From positions 496,001-560,000 of the forward strand of contig CM052849.1 of the NCBI GenBank assembly GCA_028534125.1: a DNA stretch of 64,000 bases. Reading direction: 5' to 3'. The position numbers were made by a program, and so were the translations under genes. The notes beneath the pieces were generated by a model. The model was not told the origin of the DNA and did not search any database. It saw only the letters and a list, made by a program, of their open reading frames with translations. Of this stretch, positions 10,121 through 22,547 are shown in pieces (the stretch's first letter is position 1; every line of letters begins with the position of its first letter). This DNA comes from Lama glama. Taxonomy: Eukaryota.

Positions 10121-11891
10121 CAGGACTGCACGATGGGAGCCTGTGTGCAGGTGGCCTGTCACTGCAGCCTGGGCTGAGTGGGGGCTGCACCCCCGGTCCT
10201 GGACAGGGGCCTCTCTGCTGGGCTGAGGTGCTTTAGCAGGGTCTGCGTCCTTGGGTTTCTCTGAGCCTGGGGTCCTGCAGCCCTGCTCCCGTCACTGGCC
10301 AGCGGTCTCTGGGGCAGGTGTGGCACAGGTGGGCAGTGGCTTCTGAGGGTCCCACAGCTGCCCCTCCAAACATGTCCTCAGGCCAGCCGGTCCAGGCAGC
10401 CGTCCTTGCATCTAGGAGTCAGTTGGCTTTTAGCCAAAGGTGGGAGGGACTATTTGGCTGAAAACCCTAAAGGAGAGAGAAACAGAGACAGAGACACAGA
10501 CAAGCAGAGACTCGGCCGCTGTGAACCGTGTCCCTGGCCCCTCCTCCCTGAAACCCTGTGACAGAGGCAAGATGTCAGGGTGGAGCGTCTGCCCCTGCAG
10601 GCTCCGTGGTGAAGGTAACAGTCGCCCGAGTCAGACCTGCGGCCACCCCTTCCTGGGCCTTGGCATCTTGGCCCAGCCCTGCTTCAACTGCCCTCCAGTG
10701 GGCCAGACCTGGTGACCTCCAGGCTCCTGTCACTGCCTGCCCTCTGCTCCTCGGGGCTGCCAGGCCCCTGCTGCCTCAGTAGCACCACTTCTTGGGTTTT
10801 GAACCTTTTGCTCCAGTCACACTGCTCCTGGGCCTCTTCCGAAGCCCGGGGCTGGAAGGAAAGGCTGTCCCATCTCTGGGGTGGGGAGGTGTGGGGCTCA
10901 ACGTCTGAAGGGGCGAAGCCCAGGGACCAGCCACCCTTTCCTCAGCCCCAGCTGTCCTCCCAGAGCCCTTCCTAGCGTCCCACCCTCACATTTTCCCGTC
11001 CCCCCCACTGGTGGCTGTGTGGCCTTGGCCCTGGCCCCATCCTGCAGAGCCCACAGAAAAGGCCTCCACCCAGCTGCTCCAGCCTTTCCCTCCCCCCCTC
11101 AGCCCGCCCGGGGCCTGCGGGCAGACGGAGGTGGCTCTCGCTGCCTATGGGACTGAGGTGGCGATCAAGTGGGCTTGGTAGGAACCCTGGCGCTTCTCCT
11201 TTGGGTGGGTGGGCCCAGCAGGCCTTACATGCAGGACCAGTGATTAGAGGAAGGGTCTCTTCTCTGTGAGGGGCGGCCCTCCTGTGGTGACAGGGTAACT
11301 GGTCCCCTGCTGCTTGGTGGCAGTGCAAGCTCTGAAGCATTTGAGGTGTGAGCCTGGAGGCGTAGGGTGGCTCTCTGACTGTCCCTGGGTGGCTGTGACA
11401 ATTGGAAGTTGTGATGTGCAGGACTGGGACCTGGCGGGCCGTGTCTGCAGCTCACAAGGAATAAGCTCCCCTCCGTCTTTGAGTCCTGCTCATGCCTCTG
11501 GCACCGGGGACCTCGCACACGTCTGACTTTGCTGGGAGGAGCTGGAGTGAGGCCTGGACTGAGGGCAGGGACACTCCAGGTGGGTGAAGAGCCCAGAGGA
11601 GCAGGATCCTGCCCCAGTGGGACAGTGCTGGTGTGGCCAGGGGACTCAGAAAGCAGGAGGTGCAGCTGGTGGGTGAACAGAGGCAGGTACAGGGCACGGT
11701 GGGAGGGCGTGGTGCTGCTGGGCCTGCCTGGGGAGGCCGGTGTTGGGACGGGGGTGCCCCTGGGTGCAGAGGCCGGGAGCAGATGGAAGAGGGGTTTAGG
11801 GGTGGGCAGTATGCAGGGAGGCTCCGGTGCCTTCCTGAGGGAGGTCACTCACGCCCTCCTTCGGTCCCCAGGTGACTGCATCCTGCCCAGC

Positions 11892-12013
11892 ATGGCCCCA
11901 CCGCCCCCACCGCCAGACCCTCAGTTTGTCCTCCGAGGCGCCCAGTCAGCAGTGCATGCGCTGCACTTCTGCGGAGGAGCCCAAGGGCAGGGGCAGCCGC
12001 TGCTCCTCTCAGG
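11892..12013 (+). CDS. GNB1L: GNB1L first coding exon (MAPPPPPPDPQFVLRG...PLLLSG); exon begins at 11872 with 20 nt of 5'UTR
   Basis: Acceptor ccccag|G ending at 11871; ATG at 11892 in context cagcATGG; donor GG|gtgagt at 12014. Translation matches the recalled GNB1L N-terminus PPPPDPQFVLRG..VHALHFC. Confidence 0.96.
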
Positions 12014-12323
12014 GTGAGTACCCCCTGGTCCAGGGGACTCCGGGCGAAGTCGGGGGGGGGCGGCTAGCAGTGAGCCAGGCACTCTGCCCTTTCAGAGCCC
12101 TCTCGACAGGCTGTCCCCTTGGGTGTCCCCCAAGAAGGAGTCAGGGACACTCTCCCCTGGAGCTGGGACCAGCTCACCCTAACCCTAACCCCCGTCTCCC
12201 CAAGAAGAGGCTCCCCAGGGCCCTGCCCGCCTTCCTTGGCTCAGCTCGCATTCAGGTCACCTCGACTGGGAGCTGCTGGCTAAACGCCTGTCTGCCAGCT
12301 GTGCGGGGTCCTCCTCTGAACAG

Positions 12324-12449
12324 GTCCCTGCACGGGCTGGTGCACATCTGGAGCCTGCAGACACGGAGAGTGCTCGCCACCCTGGATGGCCACACGGGCA
12401 AGTGTGTGACCTGGCTTCAGACTCTGCCCCCAGGGCCCCAGCTCCTCAG
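12324..12449 (+). CDS. GNB1L: GNB1L coding exon 2 (SLHGLVHIWSLQTRR...PQLL)
   Basis: Acceptor aacag|G and donor AG|gtgggt; 126 nt; phase matches neighbouring exons; WD-repeat text VHIWSL and LDGH. Confidence 0.96.
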
Positions 12450-14269
12450 GTGGGTCTTGGTGGCAGTGAGTGTAGCTCCCAGGGAGCCAGGCTGTGGCCC
12501 TCAGTGGGGGCCTGGGGGCCTCCCCAGCTGCCAAGACGGCTGGCTCCCAGTGGCAGAATAGGACGGGACCCATCCCAAGGCAGCGCCACCAGGGGTGCGG
12601 GGTGCCCGGCAGCTGCTCTCTGAGGAGAGCTTGACGGACACACGCTGCCTGTAGTCTGAGCAGAGCCCACCCTGGCCTGCCAAGATGCCCAGGGCAAGGG
12701 CTAGGGCCCCCCTCAGAGGAGCCTCAGTCCTCTCCTGCAGGCCGGTCCATGGTATCACGCTTGCCACCCTGCAGGTGGCCTTCTCTCCACCCTCCTGTGA
12801 GGCAGGGAGGACTGGTTGGCAGAGTGGCCCAGAGTCTGAGCCTGGAGCCCACCCAGCCTGACAGGGCTGCGCTCCATCCCCCGTGTACCTGGGGTTCTGG
12901 GAGTGGGAGATGGTGGAGCCAGGGGGTTCTGGCTCCCTAAGGCCGTGGTGGTTCCAGCCTGTGAGTGTCAAGAGGGGCTGTGGGGGTGGGGGGCTGGCCT
13001 GCACAGCGCAGGGGAGGGGGCCTGTGGAGGTGACGGGCCAGGACTCCAGTGGGAGGTGGGCCAGAGGCAGCAGACAGGGGCTGGTGGATGAAGGAGTGAG
13101 TTGGGTGGGCTTCCATCCTTTCCCTGGAGGGAAGGGTGGTCCGGGGCGTTCACAGACCAGGAGGGCCTGGGAGAGCGGGGCCGTCAGGTGGCCAGAGGCT
13201 GAGGTTGCTCCAATTTCTGCCCCTGTACAGGGGTCGCTGTACCAGAAATCTACCAGGTCACAGAGGGCTTTCCCGAGCGCCCTCTGCCCCCGGAACTCCA
13301 GGACAGCTCTACTTTCCTCCTGCTCCGGACTTGGAGCCCAAGCCCCAGAAAACAAGGCCTGCTGGGCCCCCACTGGGCTTCAAAGCACTTTCGTGCTGGA
13401 CTCCAGCTGGTGCCACGCCCTGCGGGGTCTGGGGGCCCAGGGCGTGCGGGAGGTGGTGCCCTGGACGTGTGCTCCCTGAGGGCCATCCTCACAGGCCGTT
13501 CTGCTCCCTGCCCAGCTGCTCAGATGCCTCCTCATGCTGCAGGGGTCCCCGTATGGCTTTGCTCTTTCCTTGACGGTTAGAACAGACATGGTGTCCAAGG
13601 ACCCTGCTAAGCTGCCTGTGTCCACAGTTGCTGCTGGTAAACCTTCCTCCTGAGTTTTCAGCTGCAATGTAGGCCCTTCAGGGCCTCCTGCTCCTCCAGG
13701 GCCCAGGCACCCTGGGCTGTCTTCAGGGAGCCCCTGCCCGGGGGCCCACTCCCTGGAGGACCGGCTGATGCTGTGCAGGAGGCAGGCTCCAGGGGCACTC
13801 TGGGAGTGCGTGTGTGCTGGCTGGCGCCGCTGGAACCCTGCTGCAGGCGGGGGTGCAGACCGTGCAGGTGCGTGGAGTGCCCAGGTGCGTTTACGCTGCA
13901 CTTAGAGGCCGGGCGCCCAGCTGTGTTTGGAAGCAAGTCTCCAAAGTGGCCCTTGACGGGGAAGATGTGCTTTCATGTTCAGGGGCGGCGAGAGGACAGA
14001 AAGCTGGGAGCCAGGGCCCCAGCCTGGCCTGGCTCTGCAGGCACCCCCGCCCCACCCGCACCCCTAGGACGCACCTGTGGCTGCCTGGGTGCGTCTTCTT
14101 CCCACCTCTTTTACTGGGAGATGCGACGTGCTCACAGGAAGGTGTACGAGCAAGTCAGGCCGTGTTGTGACCACCGAGTGGGCGCCTGGGTCACCACTCC
14201 CAGACCTCCCTACCCGCCAGCCCCCCCGTCTCATCACCCTCAGGAGGCAGCCCCTGCCTCATTCTTGCT

Positions 14270-15000
14270 TTACCGTCTGAATATGTGTCTCCAAAAAGCA
14301 GACTCATTTTATGTTTTTTTTTAATGTAAACAAACAGCCATACGGAACTGCTTCCTTTGCACCTGACTTCCACTTGACTGCGATGCATTGGGATGTGAGT
14401 GCTGCAGTGTGGGGCTTCCTGTCCTGTCCCTGTGAACAGGGATACCCAGCTTCCTCACCATTCTGCTGTCATGGGGGTCTGGGCTGTCCACTTGGGACTG
14501 TTGGATGAGGCTTGGGTGCACACTGGACCCAGAGGGGGCTGCCCGGAGGTCACCAGGCTGCACCCCAACCCCCCCGCTGCCACCGCCCGGGCATGGAGCT
14601 TCTGGCTGTGGCCTCATTTGTGTTCTTCTGACCACATAGTGAGCCAAACCCTCCTCTGCATGTGGCAGCCCCTTGGATGGACTTTCTGCTAAATGCCCAT
14701 TTCTCTTTTGGATTGACTGCTTCCTTCTCACTGAGTTACAGGTGTTCGTCTCACAGTCTAGATGTGGAAGGTGTTTCTGTGTCACCGGTTACTTCTCTGA
14801 CATGGTGACTGTCATTTCTCACTCTTCGTGGTATCTTTAATGAGCTGAAGGTGGTCAGTTTTGCATACTCTAACGTGGCATCTTTCCCTCCATGGCTCAT
14901 GCATCTGTGTCTTGGGAAGGAGCCAGCACCAGGTTGTCACTGTTCCCTTTGTCCACACTTCACCTGGAATCTCTGTTGGTGTGGATGAGTGTTTTTTGAT
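14270..15000 (-). mobile_element. Degraded L1M fragment
   Basis: gcccatttctcttttggattgactgc...ctgagtt and atctttaatgagctgaag resemble antisense L1 3' text. Confidence 0.5.
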
Positions 15001-15317
15001 TCCTTATGGATACTCTGGGGTCCCATCTTCCCAGCACTCACTCCCCCTCCAATTTCAGAGGAAGCACTCACTCCCCCTTCAGTGAGGGAGAATTGTCCAC
15101 AGAGTTGTCGGCAGTAACGTGCCCAGTGGGGAGAGGAGCAGGCTGGTGGGGGCAGGTCTCAGAGTGGCAACTTCATCAGCTGAGTGTGTCAGTATGTATC
15201 TTGAGGACAGTGGGAGCCGGGTGTTTCCCTGTGAGGGAAGACAGTCCCAAACCCAAGGAGGAGGAAGGGGAGAAAGAACTGGCAGGGCATTGCTGTGAAC
15301 TTGTGGAGTTTTGAAAA

Positions 15318-15392
15318 TACATGCACAGAGAGAGATACAGAAAGAGTTGTGTGTGTGTGTGAGAGAGATGTGTGTATAAAGTAGGTGTGTGC
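15318..15392. repeat. Compound (GA)/(GT) microsatellite
   Basis: agagagagatacagaaagagttgtgtgtgtgtgtgagagagatgtgtgt. Confidence 0.85.
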
Positions 15393-16262
15393 GGCGGTGG
15401 GCCTACAGCTGGGAGTGGGCGGATGCCACGGTCTCCTTCCCACAGTCCTGACCATAGTGGGGTGAGGGCTTTGCACAGGACACTCCTGGCCAGTGCCTCC
15501 GTCCAGGCAAGCGGTATGGGCAGTTGGCCTCATGTGCGTTGTTGTCCCCGTGCTGTCCTCCCCACATGTGGAAATGTCACCCTAGGGATAAAAGGCACAT
15601 GAGGGACAGAGGAAGGGCCTCTGGTGAGGACTGACCAGCCCAGCGCTCCCCCTGGGCCCTGAGCCGGCTGCTCGAGAGCAGTGATGCCACTCCGTGGGGT
15701 CTCCTTGGCGGGGGAGGTAGTGGGGCGGCCATAATGTGTGCAGCCCTGGAGTACAGGGTGGAGAAGGCTCGGAACCACTGCTCTGGGAGTTTGAAACATT
15801 CAAAATAAAGTTGCTTAGAAACAGGCCAGTCCTCTGCTCTCAGTGCGGCTGCTGCCAGCCGAGGCCTCGTCTTTTCTCTGGCATTGCTGTCCCGACAGGC
15901 AGTGCAGCCTCATCCCTGTGCCTCCTGCCCCCAGTGTCCGGCATGTCCTGATGACACAGTGGGCCCCTGGCCTGTGTGGACCTCCCCCTCCCCCACCTGA
16001 CAGGGGTGCTACCAGGTGGTCACAGTTAATTCTCAAAGGGGCAGAAGGCAGGAGGGGGAGGGCACACAATTTGGCAGCACAGGAGGCAGCGGGAAGGCCG
16101 CGGGGGAAGGCCACAGGGTGTGTGCCATGGAATGCCCAGGCCTCGGTCTTCAGCCGTCCCCAGGGTGGCCCGTGAGCAGGTCCTGGCCCCAGACGCCTTG
16201 CGCACAGACTCATGTGAGGCCTTTCCTCGGTGTTGACATTTGTCCTCACCTGCTTTCGGCAG

Positions 16263-16425
16263 CCAGGGCCGGGACCTGAGGGTGCACGTGTGGGACCTGG
16301 CAGAGGGCAGGAATGCCATCGTGGACTCTGTGTGCCTGGAGAGCGTGGGCTTCTGCAGGGGCTCCATCCTGGCCTGTGGGCCTCAGCGCTGGATGCTGGC
16401 CATGCCAGGGAAAGGCGGCGACGAG
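16263..16425 (+). CDS. GNB1L: GNB1L coding exon 3 (QGRDLRVHVWDLAEGR...GKGGDE)
   Basis: Acceptor ggcag|C and donor GAG|gtgagt; 163 nt; WD motif VWDL. Confidence 0.96.
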
Positions 16426-19109
16426 GTGAGTGCTGGCCTCCCAGACCTGGTTTATGAGCCCCAGGCACTCACCCTCCACCCCACGTTGAGGGAACACCTG
16501 GCCGGCTCAGGGACCCACGTAGCTCCGGGGCCTTGGGCCAGTCTGGGCCTGGTCACCTATGAGGTAGCCCTGGTCGTAAGAGTCGGGAAGGGGGCTGCGG
16601 TGGGCCGATGTCTCTGGGAGGCCTGGGGCAGCACAGGATGGACGGGGGTCAGGGCCTGAGGCTGGCAGGGGCACTGGGGAAAGACTGCCAGGCAAGGTCA
16701 TCAGAGGACTTGGGAGCCAGCGCGTGTAGAGGGAAGCCCCAGGCAGACCCTGTGAGGTCAAGGCGGGCCTTGGAGCCCAGGCAGCAGGGGAGGGCGCCTT
16801 TTGGGGAGCAGAACTGGGCCCTGGTGTGAGAGTCCTTGAGCAGAGCTGGGATGCGGGGGTGAGGGCTGGCACCGAGGTGGTGATGGCAGCACAGAGGGGC
16901 ACCGACGAGCATGGGCACTTCAGAAGATGGAGCTCCCAGGACCGAGGCCTGGCAGAGCTTCCGAGGTCACTGTCAGATGGGGCTCAGGCCAGTGGCCAGC
17001 AGCGAGGGGTGGCAGAGAACTGGTCAGGCTGGACAGCAGTGTTTGCACCCCAAGGACAGAAGAGGCAGAACCCCCAAAGGAAGCAGAGCCCAGGACGTGG
17101 GGCCGACTGGGCAGGAAGCAAGGGCAGAGGAGGGGGGCCGACTGGGCTCCAAAGGTGGGTGGTGGGGCCGGGGCACGCGTGCAGGGGAGCCCCTTCCTGG
17201 CCGCTCCCTGGCCTCCCCACGACCCTTGAGGGCCTTGCCGTGGGTGGGGCGGGCAGGGATGTGAGCCTTGCACGAGAAGTCTGGGCCCCCGCCCAAGAGG
17301 CCTTGTGAATCTTAAAGCAGATTCAGTGCATAAATAACGAGGCAGGAACAGGCATCTGTTTGTTCACAACGGCATTTAAATCTCCAATTAGGCACTACAT
17401 GTACTTTTCTTGCCAGGTTGCCAAAAACTTGTTAAAAATTTTATTAATGTGAGAAGAGGCAGCTGTGCTTCCTTGCGGACAGCAGCGCCGAGCCTCCCTC
17501 CTGAGCTGCTGCCCCTTGCCCTCTGCCCCGCGGCGGCCTGGGCCCTGGGACCGCCAGCCCCTCTGCTCCAGGCCGTTTTACACCGACTGGTCCCAGTTCT
17601 CCCTGGCAGGAGTTGCAGGTCTGGGGGCCTCACACATCCTGGAAAAGCAGCTGTTTTCCATGTTCCCATCTGGATTCTGCCCGGCCTGTGCCCAGACAAT
17701 GCCGGGAAGACGTGCTCCTCCTGGGCTCGGCTGTCTGGGTGGCCACACTTGCCTGAACCAAACATTTTTCCTTCTGGAAACAACAGTTGCCCTTGAGTGC
17801 CAGGTAGAAGCAGGCTGGGTGTGGGGGTACCCAGCCAGAGCGCTGAGCCTTCCTTAGGCCACAGACACCCTGGGCCTCAGGTCAAGGGCCACTTGCTCTG
17901 GGTGCCACCCCCACGTCCCCTCCCAGGGCACCTGGCTCAGGCCTTGGGCTGCCCTGGGCTCCCACCCTGCCTGGTTCTGGCCCTGCCCAGTTCCCTTGCC
18001 CTCACCCTCCTCACCATCACCAGCCGTCCCTCAGGTACCCAGGAACCCAGGTGTCAGCTGTCTAGGGTGCAGACGGTGTCCAGCAACTTCTGCTTCCCCC
18101 GCATCCCACCCCCACCCCTCCCCTGGCATCTGCATGTGCCGAAGGCCCTTCCTCCCCAACAGCCAGCACCCTGACACCAGTACGTTCTCTTGATGTGATG
18201 AGAGGATGAACCTCAGTGGAGGACACCTGGCATGGGGGCCATGCGGAAAGTAGGGAGTCAGGGGTCCTGCCCCAGCACCTTGGTCTCTGACCTTCCGGAC
18301 TGTGGGCCAGCAGTGAGGGCCCTGCCCACGTCGAGGCGGGGCTGGGTGGGCGTGGCCCTGGGGTGGGCACAGCCTCCCTCCCACTCACTGTTTTCTCGGT
18401 CAGCCCTGTGGGGGCTGCACACCCTGTGATATTACTGGTAGAGCTGCTTTCGTCCAACTTGGGGCAGCTGAGGCTGGCTGAGCCTCCCCACCACGTGGGG
18501 GCACTTGGCCAAGCCCCCTCTTCCAAACCCCACAGGGGGCTGTACCCTTGTCCCCGCTTGGCAGGTGAGGGTCACAGGTGGCTTGGGCCCGACCCTCATC
18601 TGCACCCTGAGTTCCCTAAGCCTACTTCTGGCAGCCTCGGCTATCCCTGCAACTGCGAGCAGAGCCTGGCCCAGCTCAGGTGGACGGGCTGGAGTGTGAG
18701 CCAGCCGTGGGGGCCAGGAGGGCCCCGTGTCAGCACGCAGGTGACCCTTAACGTGGCCAGCATGCAGGGTGAGGGTGGGGGTGCCAGGCCTGGTGTGCAG
18801 TCTCTGTTCCATTACCACATGCCCGCGAGAGTTTAGGGCCCTCCAGATGAGTCAGGGCTGAGTGGCCAGTGGGAAAACCAGAAGAGTTTACGCCACTCAC
18901 TGCCCGAGCAGGTCACTCATGAATGACACGTGCATTTCACAAGGCCCCGAGCCCACGCGCCTGTGAGCCCAACCAGGAGGCTGGGCCTGGGTTCCTGCCA
19001 GAGCAGAGAAGCTCATGGACTCCTTGCTGAGCACCCGGAGAGCCTCCTGTTTGTGTAGTGCAGACTCGACTTGGCACCGGCCCAAGTCAGCTTGTTTTCT
19101 TACTGTCAG

Positions 19110-19208
19110 GTTCAGATTCTGGAGATGCCATCCAAGACGTCAGTGTGCTCCCTGAAGCTTGAGGCTGAGGCCAGGCCGGGCATGCCCATGTGCCTGCAGC
19201 TCTGGCAG
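19110..19208 (+). CDS. GNB1L: GNB1L coding exon 4 (VQILEMPSKTSVC...GMPMCLQLWQ)
   Basis: Acceptor tgtcag|G and donor CAG|gtaagg; 99 nt, phase 0. Confidence 0.96.
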
Positions 19209-19414
19209 GTAAGGCCCAGCGCCCGCCGGCCACGCCTGCCCGCCACGCCCACCGACCGTGAATCATGCCTGTCAGGGACTGGCTCTCTGTCACCGCCAGG
19301 TGGTTGACCCATGGGAGGCATTTACACACTGTCCTTCGCAGCCTGGCTGGCCTGTGGCCCCTGCGCCCTCCTGCTGCTGCCAGGGAGCCCTGCAGACCCC
19401 ATAGGGACACCCAG

Positions 19415-19585
19415 CTTGTCACTGTCGCCATCCGCATCCCTGTCCTCATCCCCAACCCCACCCCTGAGCCCGTCCTTGTCCCCGTCCTGTCCCTGTGTCC
19501 CTGTCCCTGTATCCCCACCCCCGACCCCATCCTTGTTCCCAACCCTGTCTTCGTCTCTGTCCCCGTGTCCACGTCCTCATCCCTA
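19415..19585. repeat. Degenerate hexamer repeat (CCCTGT/CCCATC/CCCACC)
   Basis: 6-nt periodicity: ccctgtcctcatccccaaccccacccctgag...ccctgtgtccctgtccctgt. Confidence 0.8.
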
Positions 19586-22331
19586 TCAGCATATTAAGCC
19601 CACTCCTGCCTCTATGAGGCAAAGAAGTAACAAAAATTAATCCCAGAAAAGCAGGGTGGTGCAGGCCTGCAGGGTTAGTCAACACTCCCCTCCCGGACCT
19701 ACATGGCCCTCCCTGGATGAGGGGGGGCGCTGTTCCTCATCACCCGGCAACCCATGGAGCCTGCAGGGGCTGGGACGAGGACGGGCCTCCCGAGAGCCGC
19801 CCTGGGCTGCCCGGGACCAGGAGGGGGCCGTTCTTGCCTCTGCTCTAGCTTCCATGCGCTGGACAGAGGAGCTCAGCATTTGGAGATGCAGGATCCACGG
19901 GCCGGGACCCCAGGTGCCCTGCCCCAGCTCGTCCCTCCAGGGCACTGCCCTTTCTTGCAGTTGGTTTCCCTGCAGTTTTAACTGACGGAAGCCCCTGGGG
20001 TTAAGGAGGTGGGGGCTCCAGGCTCACCTGAGTGACAGAGCTGCTGGTGCCAGCGGGTTGGTGGCGGGCGCGTGCTGGGAACACCGAAGGCTGCAGGTCT
20101 GGGGCGGGACATCTCTGCCTCCGCTCACTCTCTGCTTCCTGGAAACAATCATTGCCTAATCGTGTAAGATTCTAAGGAAGATGTGTAGAAACGGGATGTG
20201 CAACCTGGTTGTGGTAATTGACGCGGCTGAGGGTAGGACAGCTGTGTTGTCAGCAGACGCGGCTCCAGAGCAGAGCAGCCTATTGAAGGAAGGCAATGTT
20301 GATCTGACACGTCCTTTTTCCCCCTCAACCTGAAGGTCCAGGTTGTCACTCATTGTCTGGCTGTATTAATCAGGCAGAGGGGCCTGACCTGGGGTTTCTT
20401 TCTGCAACATCCAGATGACTCCTTATCTGCGCCTCAGAGCAGCTGACCTGCGTGGCGAGGACAGTCGTCAGCGTGGGTGGTCAGGCCTCGGAGCCCCCCC
20501 CCAGGGGTCTCTGAGCTGAGGGCTCCCTGGGAACCTCGAGGTGCTGCGGGGCACGGCCTGCCTGCTGGGTCCCCCAGGCGACGGGTCCTCACGTCAACCT
20601 CGCCCGTGGAGGTCAGCCTGGCATTGAGGGCATGGCCTTCAGAGGCTTGAGGCTGTGGGCAGGGCCTGTCTCTGGGGGCCACAGGGGTCCTGTGTGCCGG
20701 GAGAGAGGCCTGGGGGGAGCTGCAGCACAACGCCAGCAGGGGGGACCTCAGCACTTGGGACCCTCGGCAACCGCAGGGCAAGCTCCCAAGGCCGGGCTGG
20801 CTCCTGCTCTGGCTGCCCCGTGGTGCCTGGACCTGCAGTAGCCTAGGTGCTCAGGACCCCCAGATCACAGACCTTGAGGGGGGTTGGGCTGCAGAGACTG
20901 ACCAGAACCTGTGTGTCAGTGATGGGGGGAGCCCGGGCGTGGGAGGAACATGTGTGGTGGGGGCCGGAGTGCAGGCTGGGCTGAGGTGACGAGGGTGGGA
21001 GGACAGAGTAGTGCCCCGGGGGACCCAAGTAGGCCGGTCTTCAGAGTCCCCCGTCTCTGCATTTCCTCCCAGTGCCCTCGGATGGGTCTGCAGTCCTGGT
21101 CTGGGGCGCAGGCCATGCATTTGGACTGTGCTGACCTGCCCTCACCCTGCCTTGGCTTCCGGGGGGGCCTGTCTGCAGAGGCATGGCTGCCTGAGCAGAG
21201 GGCCTGACCACCCCTTACAACACAGCAGACGTCTGTGGGGAAAGTGGTGTGAATCATGCCAGCCACCCAGGTGGTCACCGTTGGGCTACCTGAAAGGTGT
21301 GGGGGGGGGCTCTTCACTGTCGGGGAAGTGCTGGCAAGCACCGGCTCCCAGGGCTGCTGCAGGGAGGTGGGTGGAGGTGGTGATCAGTGCACTGCCCCTC
21401 GAGGTCCATGGTTGTGGGGCCACTCACCCAGTAGGGCCTGTGGGGGCTGCAGCCTGCAGGGGGCCCCAAGGAGGCACCTCAAGCACCACATACAGCCACT
21501 ACACTTCCTTGGGTTGAGGGTGCAGTGTCCACACATGTTAGACACACACGGTGCCTTCTGGCGAAACCAGGTTGCCTTGCCCAGCTGAGTGAGGGCTCTC
21601 GCAGAGAGCTGCTGTGTATGCATGTGTGGCACCTGGGCCCCCAGCGCCTCTGGGCAGGCGGAACCCCATACCCACGTTCGCTGCCCCAGCAGCAGGTGGG
21701 GAGGCCCAGCCTTACCCACCAGCAGTGGATTCTCCTCAGAGGGCAGGTGACCCAAGAGGGAGGCTGCCTCACTGACCAGCCCCAGGCCCCAGGCTCAGCA
21801 CTGGCCTCACTGAGGGAAGTGCGCTGTGAGGAGGTGTGCTTGGAGTTTCTGAGCCCCGGGAGCTCCGTGGGGGAGGCAGAGGCCAGTGGAGAGGAAGAGA
21901 CATTGCTGGGACTGGGTACCTGGCAGGGCCGCCACTCGATCGGTGCCAGGGCGACCCGGGGTCCCCACGCTCCCCCGCAGGCGCCACAGAGCCCTCTGAC
22001 CTGCGGCCTCATCCATCACGCGGCTGGGCCAGTGGAGTGTGCACCGTCAGCGCCGGCACTCTCCAGGCTTGGCGGTCGGGGGGCTTCCGCAGCGACCTTG
22101 ACAAAGTACAGAAGGCTCATTTTTCACTGAGAGGAGTTTGAGGCTTTCTTTGGCCGGCAGTTCATACAGGTGACCGGCCCCACCCAGGGGTGGCTGAGTC
22201 GTCTGGCGGGAAGGACGGGGGCCAGCAAGGGTGGTGCAGCAAGTGCTCTCTGTCCGGGTCCCTGGGCACCCCCCAGCCAAGGCTGGCCTGAGCCCCTGCC
22301 CCCCACGGCTGACTGCATGCTGTCCCTGCAG

Positions 22332-22547
22332 GCTGACTCCAGTCCCCTCCCACTCCTCCTGGCTGGCTATGAGGACGGCTCGGTGGCCCTGTGGGATGTC
22401 TCTGCACGGAAGGTGTGCAGCCGTGTCGCCTGCCATGAGGAGCCCGTCATGGGCCTGGACTTCGACTCCCAGAAGGCCAGGGGTGTCTCGGGCTCTGCAG
22501 AAAAGGCACTGGCCGTCTGGAGCCTGGATGAGCAGCGAGCCTTGCAG
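22332..22547 (+). CDS. GNB1L: GNB1L coding exon 5 (ADSSPLPLLLAGYEDGSVALWD...RALQ)
   Basis: Acceptor ctgcag|G and donor CAG|gtcagt; 216 nt; LLAGYEDGSV.LWD WD40 signature. Confidence 0.97.

Noticed and set aside
12177-12191. Telomere-like CCCTAACCCTAACCC
   Set aside because: Only 2.5 units; chance level.
15033-15078. Direct repeat AGCACTCACTCCCCCT x2 (30-bp period), similar to the word at 49776
   Set aside because: Small local slippage duplication. The match to the promoter repeat is short and low-complexity, and it is not CRISPR-like.
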